Assembly: GCF_009914755.1 (NCBI RefSeq)
Contig: NC_060933.1
DNA from: the human T2T-CHM13v2.0 reference genome, Homo sapiens
DNA length: 64,000 bases
Strand: one strand, 5' to 3'
Below are positions 48,192 to 62,704 of this stretch, piece by piece. Positions within the stretch are counted from its first letter, which is position 1. Every line of letters starts with the position of its first letter. Below the pieces are notes generated by a model. It had not been told where the DNA came from and ran no database searches. It saw only the letters and a list, made by a program, of their open reading frames with translations. A program made the position numbers and the translations under genes.

Positions 48192-48821
<630 letters not shown>

Positions 48822-50694
48822 TAATTCTCAGCTTTCTTATTTGTAAAATGAAGGTACTAGTACTAATTTGGAGAGTTGTTAAAGATTAAATAATATATGT
48901 AAATGCCTTGGCATAAGGGACTGGCACAAAGTAGGCACTTCATATATAAAAGCTGTGATTATTGATGAACCAGTAGTGAGGTACATAACTGGGGAAGGAG
49001 AAGGGGCCAGTTTGTGGGAAAGCTTTTTTAGTTATTAATAGTAAGGTGGTAAAATAATAATAGTAATAATAACCAAAAGTTACTGAAAACTAAATACAGT
49101 GCTAAACTCTTTAAAAGGAGTATCTAATTGGATCTTAACAACAAAGCTATGAAGCAGGACTAATGTTATCTCATTTTATAAATGAGGAAATGTAAGATCA
49201 AACAGGTTAAGAAACTTTCCCAAGTTGATCAGTAGCAAAGACAGGATTCGAACCAAGGTAATTGTCCTATCAGAAACTGTACTAGGATAGTCTGCATTTC
49301 ATGGTAAAGACTATCAGATGCCACTAAAACTTTTTAAAAAGGGAAGTCTTGTGGTCAAATTTGCTCTTTAGAAGGCAGTATGGAGTGCAGATCAGATGCT
49401 GGCAGCAGGGAGATCAGTTAGAAGATGGTTGCTCTAATTCAGTTGAGAAATACTGAGACATCTGAAATATTGAAGACATCAGTAGTGTGGGTGATGTGAA
49501 AGTGGTTCTAAGAAACTAGCGGCAATCATCCTTCATTACTGATTGGGCGTGGAGAGAAAGAGAGGTAGCATTGGTAGCCGTTAGTCAACTCTGAGTGCAG
49601 GCACTGGCATGTGCATTATTACCCAGGGCTCTAAGTGGAGAAAGAAAACAACCCCAGGGTGTCTTCAAACCTAAAGCATATTTCCTAAGCCTTTGCACTC
49701 TCAGTCTAGACTAAAAACAAACAAAGCAGCCTCCTCTGAAATGCTGGAAACTTTCCCCACTTGAAACTCTCAGATCTCTTACCTTGCAATTCTAGCTTTC
49801 AAATTCCAAGCTGAGCTTCCTTTCCCACACCCCGAGTCCTTGTACTGGGGATTACAATGATCATTTGTATGTACTAGGTGATTGTTCCTTCCACATCAGG
49901 GGCCTTGGAGCGGATGACCTAAAGCTGCTTTCTCCTGTCCTGACTTTCTCCACCCAGCACTGCAACCATACATACAATTTTCTGGTCTTGTAGAGAATGA
50001 CTGACTGGTCATTATAGTCTTCCAAAAGGATAAGAGATTAGTGTCATGATGTGGCCTTCAGGCAGCCAGGGGGAATCTCCATATGAGGTACTTGTTGACT
50101 GTATTACTTAGTTTTAGGTGAACTTCCTGTGGAGGGACAATATGTGCTTAGAAGGACAGAGAAGGAATGTATTAGGTAAGGCATTCTACATCTCAGATAA
50201 AGAACTTCAATGAATTGTTGGGTCAAGGTCTAAGAAACAAACCAGCCGTCAATGGGAAAGTTAACTAAAATGAAGAACCCAACATACAACCCCAAATCCT
50301 AGTTTTTCTGACTATGTTTTCTTAAACTGAAATAATTTCTGAGATTAAAAAGAAGTTGCTGTGACTTTGTCTGATAGATGTATTTTTTTGTTATATATTA
50401 GTTTGGGCCTTCTATCTCTCCTACTTTGTTTTCTTTATAATAGAATTAATCTCTGAAAAGTAACTTTACTGTATTCTGATGCTCCATTTTGAATAAGTCA
50501 GTTCTTCTCCGAATGGGCTCTGGAGATTGGCATTTGATTGAACAGCTTTTGTGTATTGATTGTTTTAGGTAGACTGGGTACTCCATTTAACTTAGTATTT
50601 CTGACAATAAATCAGTCGAGAAGGGAGTATTACTCTAACGGTTTGAACACTTGTCTATGCACATTGCTTGGTCATTCAATAAGTAGTTATTGGT

Positions 50695-50730
50695 GAGATC
50701 GGGCACGTTCAGGGTGGTATGGCCATAGAC
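50695..50730 (-). pseudogene. 3'-truncated (tailless) 5S rRNA retrocopy, 5' 36 nt
   Basis: Reverse complement GTCTATGGCCATACCACCCTGAACGTGCCCGATCTC matches human 5S nt 1-36 at 34/36; both mismatches are CpG>TpG. Confidence 0.88.
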
Positions 50731-52919
50731 AATAAATGGTTACGACTCTGCCTTCAGCTGTACCAGTATTTAAGTTATAAGGTAGTTAAGTTACACCAGT
50801 GCAAAATCATACAGTTTGGTCACAGTCCTACTTGAGGATCTCAAACCTAGCTCCCCTTAACAAACATGGAGGCTTAATCTTGGCTTTGCACACTGAATTA
50901 TTCCTTTAGAAAAATACTTGGTGTACAACTCATCCTTTTCATTTACAAAGAAACAAATTTGAGCAGTTTCACAATTTAAAAAGTCTCCCAAATGGATTAT
51001 ATTTAATTGTCCATTTCCAATGAAACTCACTAAATTGGTAAATAGCAGTGAGTGAATAACTGATGAGGTCATACTTTCTTGTTTTGGACTACTACAAACA
51101 CCACGGAGCAACAACAGATTAGAATATAAAGGTTAAGCAAGGGTTTAGTTTTTGTTCAAAAGCCGTTTTGCTTGTTACAAAGGCTACCAAACCTTTGAAC
51201 ATCAGACCAAACCAAAAACAAAACAAAACAAAATAAAAAAAACCCCAAAACTGAAAGATGAAAACATAGTTTGATAATCTAAGCTGCTCTTCCTTTATTT
51301 AACCTTGAATTTATGAGATTATTTTTTTCCCCAGAAGAAAAATTCTCTTAGGGACACTTTCAGCAATTTAACATTTTCTAAGCATTACAGCAAATAAGAG
51401 GCGATCATCATTCTTCAGTCATAAAGATAAGCCAAGGAATGAAAGTGTTTTGCAGGTCATGTCACCTGACAGAAACTTTGGACTGGTCCTTTCCTGGTTC
51501 AAGAGTTCAGCCATAATACCTACTTTCCCTATCAGCTGGCTCAAGCTGATAAGGTCCTGAAGCAAGCAAAGCTTCTTTATGAGCTTTTATTTAATTGTCC
51601 TTGCCACATAAGGGTTGAGGGGATTCGTCTGTACAGAGTTACTTCTTGTTGGTCTATTTTTTCTTTGGAATAAATCGCTGTCTCCCCTGACTGGATAGAG
51701 TAAATAGAGTTTGTTTAAACACTTTTCATCAAATTCCTAGTGCCTAGTACAGAGCTTTTAACCCTAATACGTTTCCTGCGTGTACTTATTGAAGGAATAA
51801 TGACAAACTCTGCCTTAGATTGGTGACTGGCTAGGGAGAAACATGGTTCAAGAGCTGAATAAGTAAGAGCAAGTATTTTATTGTATGCCCATCAAATGTA
51901 TTCGATGCTGGTGATGGAGGTAAGAGTGTGATAGAGGCTGAGTTCTCTGAAATTACATATGAGATGTCATCTGCCATTTAGTATTAGCTGTGTCTGTCTT
52001 TTTTCCAGGAATTTGGCCTTAAAAGAGATCATTCAAAAGTATTACCCAAATAGTGATTTATCAGGCTTTATTGTGGGGAACCTAAAGTGGATTGCAACTG
52101 CTATGGTCCCTTTGAAGGGAGCTGGTGCAAGATTTTCCATGCCTAATCACACTCATTTTCCCTTGCTCTCCCAATGACCTCCCATCTTTCCTTCTATTTG
52201 GTCTGATAAACACCAACAATAGGATCCTTTCTGCAGCTTCCATCCTAACTTGTATTCTAGCCTTAACACTGCAACAAACTCACTGTTACCTAGAAGTCAA
52301 TTGACTTCCCTGAATGTTAGCTTCTTTAGCTGTAAATAAGTAATTGTATGAGGTGATGGTTAAGGTGATTTACTAATTTTACAATTCTATTATTTTATGA
52401 ATAGACCCTAGTTAGGATAGCTTGAAATAGATACTTAATCCACTATTATTCTCTCTTCTAAGATATAGTTACTAGTTGATCATACTTTTCCTTAAAGGCT
52501 GAACTGAATTCTCTGATATCAGCAACTAAACATCTCATATTTGTCAGTATGAACATCCACTGGGTGCCTGTTATTTAACCAGGTAGAATTCTTAGCTGTG
52601 ATTGAAAATCTAGGTATCTCTTCTGGTACTATCACTTGGATGAGTAAAGTTTGAAAACCATTAAGTTGACATTTCTAATAGGACTGTGGATTTAACATAG
52701 ATTCCCAGAAGTCTTGGAATACAACAGTGTACACAGATGAAGATACAGTACTTTTTGGTATTTTCTTTTTGCAAGTGTTACAAATATCTGCATGTCATAA
52801 CATCATCACTATGGATCCCATCTTTTAATGAGAGCTTAGTATATGCTACACACTGTCACTAAACATGTAGGATCTTGTTTAGTTTTCTCAAAATGTTGTA
52901 GTTACTATGATTATTTTTT

Positions 52920-53470
52920 GTGTCTTGCAATCATTGTGTATAAGTGCGTAAACCATGTATCTAGAGTTTATAGAAGAATTAAAATTCAAAAACCCTATAC
53001 TCATCTCTCATTTTTAAAAAATACCATTTTACCTGTCTTTAGATGCCCTGTATTTCCTCCCCAATCTCATCCCGCTCCTACTCTTGAAAGTGATCACTAT
53101 CCAAATTTTGTGCCAAACATTAACTTGTTTTCTTTAGCTTTGCCATCTATGTATGTATCCCTAGGTAATACATGGCTTAGTTACACTTGTTTTTAAATTT
53201 GATGTAAATGTAATCCTATAGTATGAATTTTCTAAGACTTGATTAATCTATGAACATTTTATTTTGAGATTCATCAATATTGATGTGTGTAGCTATAGTT
53301 TATTCATTGCTGTTGCTGAAAAATATTCTATTGGATGACTTTGCTACAATTTATTCTACCATTGTTGGATATTTGAGTTGTTCCCATTTTATTTATTTAT
53401 TTTATTTTTTTGCTGTTATGAACAATGTGGCTTTGAACATTCTTATACTACCTGGCGTGTATATGTATGT
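52920..53470 (-). mobile_element. Old L1ME-like fragment
   Basis: ttttgagattcatc...gtagctatagttt...tttgctgttatgaacaatgtggctttgaacattctt. Confidence 0.6.
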
Positions 53471-54369
53471 ATCTGTCTGTCTGTTCATCTTAAGATGCAC
53501 TACAAAACTGAGGCCTAGAGTCACCAAGCAACTTGTTTAATGTCAGAGTGAGTTGGTGGTGAGGCCAAAGTCTGAATTCAGCAGTCTGTTACCATAGTTT
53601 TCATCCTTAACCACAATACTCTATGAATCCTTATTTTAAAAAGGAAGGTCTGGAGAATTTAAAATAACTTCCTAAAGAGCAGGGATTCAACAAAGCTCAG
53701 TCTGACTAATGCCTTCCATTTTTAAAAAATCACCCAAAGCACATATTATGATTCTATTTGTGAAGTATTAGCTAATTACAAGAGAATGAGTTCATACTTG
53801 GCACTACTATCTCTTTCTTACAAGTGATCAGATGTCAAAATGTGAAAACTATACATTTCACATTATCCATATATATTTGATGTGACATTTTTCCTTTAGG
53901 AATATGAGTAGAAATAGAAAGACAGGTTTTTACAGTGAAATAGATTTTTTTTCTCTCTCTTTAGCCTACCAAATCTCTTTCGCAATACCTAACACTTATA
54001 AATGCATTTAATTTCAGTGCCAATTAAAGAAATTCGAAAGTAGATAATAAGTGAGACAAGCACCCAGTAAATGTTTATGATGTGACACTGACAAATTATG
54101 GGCTGCTATAATCAAGATAGCATTAAAAATTTTAAAGTGTTTGTATGAACAAACCATTTTGGAAGGAGTGTTTGGTGTGGCAGTGAGCAAAACAACCCAG
54201 TAACTATGGCAGTTAGTGTTAAAGCTCTGATTTTGACATGAAAGGAATAAAAATGGAAGTCCAGCTAAATCACAAGTGTCCTGGAGAAACTTGGATGAGT
54301 TTCTTGGCTAGAGGTTTTTCCCACCACAGTAAGTATTTTCAAAGGAAAACAAAGTAAAATTTTTCTCTT

Positions 54370-54830
54370 GTATGAGTCACATCTCTGTTGGTTGTAAGTG
54401 GCTGAAACTCATCTTGAACTACCAAGGTAAGAGAAGAAACATACTGGTTAATGGAATTCCAGAAAGGACTGAACAATCAAACCATTTTGAAGGACAGCAT
54501 AGAGCTGGACTCTAGAACAGCCAAAACAAGGGGTTCAACCACTGCGAGGGATCTCTCTCCAACTCTTGCTCAGGCTTTTCTCCCTGGCTTGACTTTCTTC
54601 TCTTTCACTGTAGATTGGCTTCTCTCACATGGCAAGAAACATTGCTGCTAGCACTTCCCGAGTTCTACGTTCTACAACATCCACCACTGGTGAGAGATTA
54701 ACTTATGGTTTTTCTGTTGAAGAGTCAAAAATTACCTGGGAAAAGTCTGATTGTCTCAGATTGGAGATGTTGCCCATCTCTGGACCAATACACTATTATG
54801 TGTGGCTGACTATATAAAAACATGGATATT
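54370..54830 (-). mobile_element. MLT1J/K-like LTR hosting exon 15
   Basis: ggttgtaagtggctgaaactc, tctctcacatggcaag, gatgttgcccatctctggaccaat. Confidence 0.5.
54614..54689 (+). ncRNA. CDKN2B-AS1: ANRIL exon 15 (76 nt)
   Basis: tctttcactgtAG|attggct ... caccactg|GTgaga. Confidence 0.87.
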
Positions 54831-55318
54831 TTCTTGGAATCACTTGGTTTGACTGGGAGAAGACCATTCTCAAAACAAAGGAAGTGCAATTTACAGAAGG
54901 TAGTAGAATAGGCAGATAAAACAATAATTCTTCACTATATTGCTCAAATAATCCCCATGACATTTTTAGTATATTATAAAGAGAGTTCTAAAGTGTTTCC
55001 AAACTATTATAGCAAAATTTAATCTTATAATAATTTCTTCTTGAACTATGTATAATTTACCTGAAATATTTTCCAAAAAGCAATCAATGTGAGAAAATGA
55101 GAGCCCTGTCTTCTTAAAAAAATGAGTAAAAGTCCACAAGTTCAGAACAAAAGAAAATGAGGTAAGGCCTAAAATAAATTGTGCTAAGAAAGCTAAAATT
55201 CTAGACAAAGTCACATCGGCAAAACTAGAAGGTTGGTACTGTGCTTCAGTTTACTGCTTGCTGTTTGGTTAAGAGGAGGGGTGATGTGATAAAAATAGTG
55301 ACGAAGTGAGAAAACTGA

Positions 55319-55850
55319 CGTATTAGTTTTCTATTGCATTATAACAAGTCACCACAAACTTAGAGGTTTGAAATAACGCCCATGTATTATCTCGCAGTTC
55401 CTGTGTGTCAGACCTCCAGGCACTGCGTGGCTCGGCTGGGTTCTCTGCTTAGAATCTCACAGGTCAAAATCAAAGTATCAATGGGAGCTGCAGTTCTCCC
55501 AAGCTGGAGCCTGTGTCCCTTTTAAACTCTCAGGCTGCTGGCATAATTTATTTCCTTATCAAGCCATCCATATGATCCCCTCCATCTTCAGGCCAGCAAT
55601 GGCCTGTCAAATCCTTCTCATTCTTTGAAAATCTCTGACTTCCCTTTCTGTCACAGCTCTGTAACTTCTTTTCTCTTCTGCCACCAGCAGAAGAGGCTTT
55701 TAAGAGTTTATGGGATTAGATTACATCCGTCTGGATAATCTTTTACTTAAAGGTCAACTATGCTATATAACATAGCCAATCACATTCGCACATTGCAGAG
55801 ACTAGGGTATAAAATCTTCGGGGTCATTCCTAGAAATTCTGCCTGCTGCA
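55319..55850 (-). mobile_element. MLT1 (D/E-like) LTR
   Basis: gtattagttttctattgc...caccacaaacttag...ccctccatcttca...agaaattctgcct. Confidence 0.7.
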
Positions 55851-55959
55851 GCCTGGTTTCTTGCTTGGACTCTAGTATATATTTGCTAAATCTCCCAAGC
55901 CTCAGTCTCACTATTTGCAAAAGTGAGTTTTAATGCTCTTTGCCCTGCTTGCCTCACAG

Positions 55960-56093
55960 GATCTTAACATAGACGTAAGATCAAATGCAATAGCATGTCA
56001 AACAATGTGTAACTCCAGTTATACAAACATTACTGTATCTCATTGGGGATACGAAGCTCTACACACTTGAAGATGGTGAAGGAATATAAAAAT
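55960..56093 (+). ncRNA. CDKN2B-AS1: ANRIL exon 16 (134 nt)
   Basis: gcctcacAG|gatcttaac ... taaaaat|GTaagt. Confidence 0.87.
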
Positions 56094-56641
56094 GTAAGTA
56101 TTGCTTTTATAATAAATGTGTTCCTATTGGCTGAAAATTTCAATATCTGATACAAATAGTCAACTTTCTATTTTACTTTTTCTAATTATGCAAGACCTTG
56201 TAATCACAAATGTAAAAATTGCAAGCCACATGCCCCTAAGGCCAAATAAAAATTTGTAAAATTCTCTTAAAAAGACTCTATAGAGTCCAAATGAAAATAC
56301 GTCGAGTCCTTTTAAAAGGATCCAACCACATATATCAACTGATATACATGGTACCAAAAACAATGGAATCTTTTCAGATTCTCTAATTGGCCTTTGGAAC
56401 TTATGTAGCATCAGGTATGCAAATGAACAACTTCAGACCTTGATTACTCCAACCTCCTCTCCCACTGTCACAGCCACTTCTGTCATGACCTAGTTGTTCT
56501 CAGAAAGTTCCCTCTTATACCTGGTCAAACTTCTCTTACAATCACCTGTGACTTTCCCTCTTGGTCTTGGATCAAATCATCCTAAATACATTAAAAGTCC
56601 TGATTCTTCCTGTCCCTTAAATATATCTCTACTTGAATCAC

Positions 56642-57055
56642 TGTGTTAGTTCAGGTCCTCTGAGAGAAAGATGTTAAGATGAAATTAGATGTGCAAGAGA
56701 TTCGCCGAGGTAAACCTTGTGGGAGAAAATGGAGAGGTACATAGAGGAGCCTGGGCAGACTGTCTGGCTACTATGTAAGACTCATCCCCGTGAAGGAGAA
56801 AGGAGAGGAAGGCAAAGAAGAAAAACCTTAAGATTTCAATTCTAAGAACGTTTTGACAAAGCTGATTAGGAGTATTTAAGGCAAAGCTGCCCACCAGAAG
56901 AGTACTGCATCTTTCAGGAACGGACTTGCTTTAGTACATCTGCTGTGCTTAGTAATTGGCTGGGAGCAGCCATAGAAAGCATGGACTCAGTACAAACTTG
57001 GTGATGAATTTCAGAGGCAGCGGCTAAGACCATCAGTCTATTATTTTCCTTGCAA
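56642..57055. mobile_element. ERVL-type solo LTR (LTR40/LTR33-like)
   Basis: tgtgttagttcaggtcctctgag...gatgtgcaagag; subfamily uncertain. Confidence 0.45.
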
Positions 57056-58599
57056 TAGCTGTCATAATTACTATCAGAGCAAACAATTTTTTGTGTGTGA
57101 ATTCATGAGATAATGGTCTTTTCTTTCCTGCTTTCAAGAGCCATGTCATTGAAAGAGCTAATCATTCAAATTTATGCTGCATTACTGACTAAATACTTTC
57201 ATTTATCATACTTTATTTTAAAATACTTTAACTCATGGCCCGATGATTTTCAGTTAACCAAATTCTCCCTTACTATCCTGGTTGCCCCTTCTGTCTTTTC
57301 CTTAGAAATGTTATTGTAGTGTTTGCAAGATGGCCTGAATCCTGAACCCCCCATCTTCAATGAGCACCAAATGGTAATTATAGATTCCCAGCTGTAGAGC
57401 TATGTCAGACAAAGGAAACTTCATTAGTATGTACCAATGTTTGGACTCCAAATGCTTTTGTGTCTGAGTCACAAGGACTCCTCTTCCTTGGTGGCTTAAA
57501 GTTAGGCTGAAGAAGATTTACATTATGTTGTGCATGACCTCTTTAGTTTGGTTCTACTTATACTTTCAAGGAGGGAAGACCGGGGAAGGTGTCCCTTAGT
57601 GAGCATATTTTGTACAAATGAAAACAGGGTACTAACACTTATGCCAGGACGCATGCATAAACTAGGATGGTTCTGAGAAAACTGCGATATATGATCACTC
57701 CAGGGTCTCCCCTCTCAGAAGCGAGGGAGACTTAAACCTTTTACATCACCAAGTACATGGAAAGAAAGACAGCAGGGAAGTGATTCCGAAGAGAAACCTG
57801 AAAAAAGCAATGTGGAAAGATAGACACTTTAGCCTTTTCTTTCTTCTCAAAACTTCACATTCCTTTTCACTCTGCTTCACTTATGCTGCCCTAGTTCCAG
57901 AGTGTTTCCTCTCTTGGGTGAAGATGGGAACAAGTACATGGGGTAGCAAGGGGTGGGTGGGACCTGTGCTCCCATTAAGGTTCTTCCAGAATCATTTCTA
58001 TGTGATTATCAGCTTGGATCACATGGACTTGGGGATTATTGGTGGTTTTCTAGGGTAAACAGGGCATATTGTGCTGGAGGACATATTTTATATGTAACAA
58101 TTTGGGGAAATTTTCTTTTATATTAAATAAAACTGAGATATGTAATGAATTAGGATGAAAAATTCATATTCATCTGAATTTTATAAGTGAATCATGAGAA
58201 CTCAAAGATACTTAGCCCTTGGGACCATTTTTTACTCCTGTTCGGATCCCTTCGGCTAAGCATGATTATTTACTATTTTCAGCTATTAGTTATGTCTTGT
58301 TGAAAAAGTATGAAAAGAGCTGCCCAATAAATTAGAGTGTGTGCTCAACATTCTCTTAGCTTCTTCATCTCTTTCCAAAATTGGATCAAATGACATTGGA
58401 CATGATCAACTTCTTACTGTTTTGACAAACATCTGAGGATACTTTTATAATTGATAATTTGGACTAGATTATGCAATGTGTGATGAGACACAAGGTAGTC
58501 TGTACTCCCCATGACATGTATATCTGTTTGATATACTCAAACGGTGTATATCAAACGGATATAAGTTTGAGTAGGTATGGAGATGAGCCAGGGTTTATT

Positions 58600-59130
58600 T
58601 CTTCAACTAGTATTTACTGAATGGTCTTATGTGCCACAACTGTTCTGGAAACTGTGATACATTAATTAACAGATAAAGCCTTTCCCTCACAATGCATAAC
58701 AGACCCAACAGAGTATGAATGTACATACAAACTAGTAAATAAGAAAACAAATAAAAGTATTCAGATAGTGCTATAACTACTGGGATGAAAATCGAGCAGG
58801 AAGGAAAATATAGCCTGCTTGATGTGGAAGACAGGGATAGCCTCTCTGAGGAGGTGACATTTGACCCAAGACCTAAATGAGGAGAAGGAGACAGTGAGAT
58901 GAAAATGAGGGAAACAGCAATGGCAAATACAGAGAACTTGAGACAACTTGGCCCATTGGAGGGACAGAGACAAAGCCAATGTGGGACCACAGGGGATGAA
59001 AGGGAGGCTGATTGGAGAAATAGGCAGTGCTGAGGCCATAAAAGGTCCTATAGGTCATGGAAAGACATTTGGTTACCATTCTAATGACAGTGAGATGTTA
59101 CTGGGGAGTTTTAAACTGGAGAATGTCATA
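58600..59130 (-). mobile_element. L2 remnant
   Basis: tatttactgaatg...cctctctgaggaggtgacatttga motifs. Confidence 0.6.
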
Positions 59131-60553
59131 ACTGTCCAGATGTAACCAAATAGTAAAACCATTCTTCCTGAATAACTTGGCTAAAAGGAATATTATGACT
59201 ACAGATGTACATGAAGATTAAGCAGAACATGGAAGAAAGGCCTCAAGTAAACTTGACCTCACATAAATATGGGAGGAAGATCAAATGGAAGCTGGGAGTG
59301 TTGAAAGAATGTAAGGGGAATGACTTCTAATAATGAACAAAAAGCTGTTATTTTATTATGAAGAAAAATGTTATGCATCTTATGCATGCAGAAGAAATTC
59401 CCATTCAAAAGACTTGGAAAATGTCTTGGGTGTTTACTATAATAAACCTTTTAAGATATAGAAAATTCACATATTTAGAGCTTAATTTCTAAAGAGCTCA
59501 GACTTCTCAGTTTATTATATGCTATGAAATTTTGTTTATTTTTAATTTAACCTACTTGTGTGCAAAATCAATAAGGAAGCTTAAGGAATATAAACAACTA
59601 TTTAACATGGCCATTTAAATAGATTCAAAGTAAAGAATATCAGCATAGTGTTTCTTTGATATGACAACCCCTCCTCCCAGGGCACTTAAATGAAGGGTTG
59701 GGGGGGAATCTTAACCTGAAATTGAAAACCCTGAAATCATGTTTCCAAGGAAGGAGAAGGAAAATAGGAAAAACAAAAACAAAAAGCAGCAACTCATTTG
59801 GAAGCTCGTGGGAGAGGAGAGGAGGATTCATACATCTCGGACTGGTTTGCCTTAGCAAGTGAATCATTTAAATAGGAAAAAACAGGGGGCTGACTCAGCT
59901 TGAGCAAACTCTTGCTATCCCCTGCTGAGGTCCGCACTTGCTGTGGCCCCTGCCGCTCTCCTCGGACCTTGCTGCCCTCCTCCTTTGTCACTGTGGAGAA
60001 ACAGGAAGGAATGTTTATTAGCAAGACTGACTGGGGTCACACCCAAGGCAATATCAGGTTTTTACCTCTCCCAGGCCTGGGAAGAGGTTCAAGGATCAAG
60101 GACAAGCTCCCGGTTAGAGTGAGAGGCAAGTTCAAACCTTTGAAAAATAAACTCACAACCAGCATTTGGCACAGGCCTCTGGAGTTTACAGAATGTATCT
60201 GCCTGTGTGTGATTTCATTAGTTCCTCCTGCCAATCTAATGAGATTTTACGTCCTGTAACAGTGAGGCAATTGGAGTCTCAGCAGGGAAAGGAACTTGCC
60301 TAAAACTGCAGGATGGGTAGCGCTTGGATCCTGACTTTCTGACTCCTAGGACTGTGCTGTCTTCAGATGATCACATGCCTTCTTGGCAGATGTTTCTAAC
60401 AAAGGAGAGAGTTGCCCAGGGTGGGGCTCTGCTAGCTCCCTTGTCATGAGCCATTCTCTCCACATTGCCTTTTAGTTGCACCACATAGTCACCTTCAATT
60501 AGCTGTGCGAATAGGCTCACTCTTATGCTAACATGTACTAAAAGTGAAAATGG

Positions 60554-60598
60554 GGAGAGAGAGAGAGAGAGAGAAAGAGAGACACACAGAGAGAGAGA
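60554..60598. repeat. (GA)n imperfect
   Basis: Read directly. Confidence 0.9.
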
Positions 60599-60937
60599 CT
60601 CATATTATGGTATGTTCCCTGCCCCACCCCACTCCACTCCCTCTCAACAGGGAGAAAGTACCTGAAGAAAATCATTGCTATGAAGGGCATAGCCAGCTAA
60701 ATGGGTGTCACTTAGTCTGAAAAATCTCAAAGATGTCAATAAGCCACTCGAGACAACAAGGAACCTGTTTTCCTGTCATCATTCCTTCTCAGTCCTTGGC
60801 TTTGGGAAGGGTAACTTTATGGAGAGAGAAGAACCTCTGTGGAGTTAAAAGGTTTATGAACTTTTTTCCCTGCAACAAATCAGTGACAGCTGTTCCACAG
60901 GCTGATGGTTTTCCCTTTACCTTTCGTTTTTTAACAG

Positions 60938-61061
60938 CTATGTCTCACAGTCCAGACTTGGAGTACAAGTAATAAGAAGAATAAAACTTAATCCCTTAAG
61001 TAGATTCACCATAAGTTAGCTCAGAGCAATTCCAGTGCAAGTATGGTCTGTGATCCAGTAG
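60938..61061 (+). ncRNA. CDKN2B-AS1: ANRIL exon 17 (124 nt)
   Basis: ttttttaacAG|ctatgtc ... tccagtag|GTgagt. Confidence 0.87.
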
Positions 61062-62493
61062 GTGAGTGACTCTGCTGCTGAAATTCACATGTATGTGAAT
61101 TTCACAGTGGCCTTTGCTTTGTAGCATGCTGTAATCCTTTTGTCCATTTTCATCACACGAACTGCTGAATATAGGATTGTTAAATGGATGGGGAGATATC
61201 ATGAAAATGATTAAAGAAGAAAGTTCTTATTTAGGGGTGCATACCTGCCTATCTGACCATTGTACTTAGGCAATCGGGATCTTGCTTTAAGAAAAGGTAG
61301 GCATTGGAGTCAGGCTGCTGGAGTATGAATCACTATGCTATCATTTTTCATTTGTTTTTGCTCTGTTACATTAGGAAAGTTATGTAGAATTTTGTGCCTC
61401 AGTTTCCTCATTCAATATGGGTGTAATAACTGTGCCTGTCTTGTAGGATTATTGTGAGGCCCAAGTGCAATAATATATAGTACACTGTGCCTGGCATCTA
61501 GTAAGCATTCATTAAGATGACATGAAGATAACACAGATATATCTTAACATGTAATTATGATTTTGCTTATTCAAGGCCAAGCATTCCAATTTAATGGAGT
61601 TAGGCAAACACAGTAAATTCATTGCTCTTTCCTTTTTATGCTACTTCCTTTGAAGAGGCAGTCAAGTTCCATTTGACTGATTCGGAACTTTTTAGCAATG
61701 TATATTATGCTGACTTCACTCTTATGCGCTCTTGGGGCTATAATTCATCAAGTTAGGCGAGCAAAGAAGTGTGTTGGTGAAAGAGAAATGAGGAAGAACA
61801 AGGAAGAAAAAAAGGGTCATGAGCTTATTCACTGCCAATATTTATTATATGGAACAATGACCATCCTTCAGAAGTGTTTGTTCTCTATTATACTGTAGGT
61901 GTGGAAGAATTATCATTGCTCAATAGCTGTCTCAGTCACTACCTGATAGACTTGGGAGGTCTGGCTATTTCAGGGCGCATTTGACATACAGTGACATTTT
62001 TGGATTAAAGCTTTCATGATGAGTGCCAGTCTGGGTCCAAAAGGGTTGAAAGCTGTCGCCATCTATAGGCTAGTTGTTTGTAGTAAAATACTTTCCCTCA
62101 CTGCATTAGGTTCTTGGTACCATTTATCTAGCAGAGTTCTTCAGTGGGCTTGAGGCTTAGCAGTCAAGTTAAAACAATAACCAACATCCCAAACCCAGTG
62201 GCTGTCAAATTTCAGTGAGGTGGCATAGAACTTTAGCATGAACTTGAGCTTGGGTTCAGCTAGACTTTCATATAAATCCTTGTTTGAAGTTAGTAGCTGT
62301 GTGATCTTGGGCACTGATATTAAACCTTTATGAGAAAGTTATGTCTGAAATATGGGAAATAAACCTTCCACTTAGGTTGTTGTGAAGATTCAATGAGTTG
62401 TAACGATTGTATACACTATAATGATCTATATTACAGTTGTTTCATAAATATGATTGCCTTCATTTTATTCTTTCCTTGTCTCGTTCTTCCCAG

Positions 62494-62704
62494 TATCTTA
62501 CAGACAGCAAGTTGAACATTGTGGGATGCATGAGCTATTGAGGCCTTTGCAGCTTTCTGCTACATGGAGGCTAGGGCCAGAGTCAAGATTTATGCTTTGC
62601 AGCACACTGGTCAGCTGTTTTTGCAAATCAGATTAAATGATTTTTAAATGAGGCTGAGAGCATGGGAGATACTAATGTGTGTTTCCTTGTGAGCTACTGC
62701 ATAA
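62494..62704 (+). ncRNA. CDKN2B-AS1: ANRIL exon 18 (211 nt)
   Basis: ttcttcccAG|tatcttac ... ctgcataa|GTaagt. Confidence 0.87.

Noticed and set aside
52702-52710. STAT GAS motif TTCCCAGAA
   Set aside because: A single 9-mer expected by chance; the STAT1 site I recall at rs10757278 lies beyond the window end
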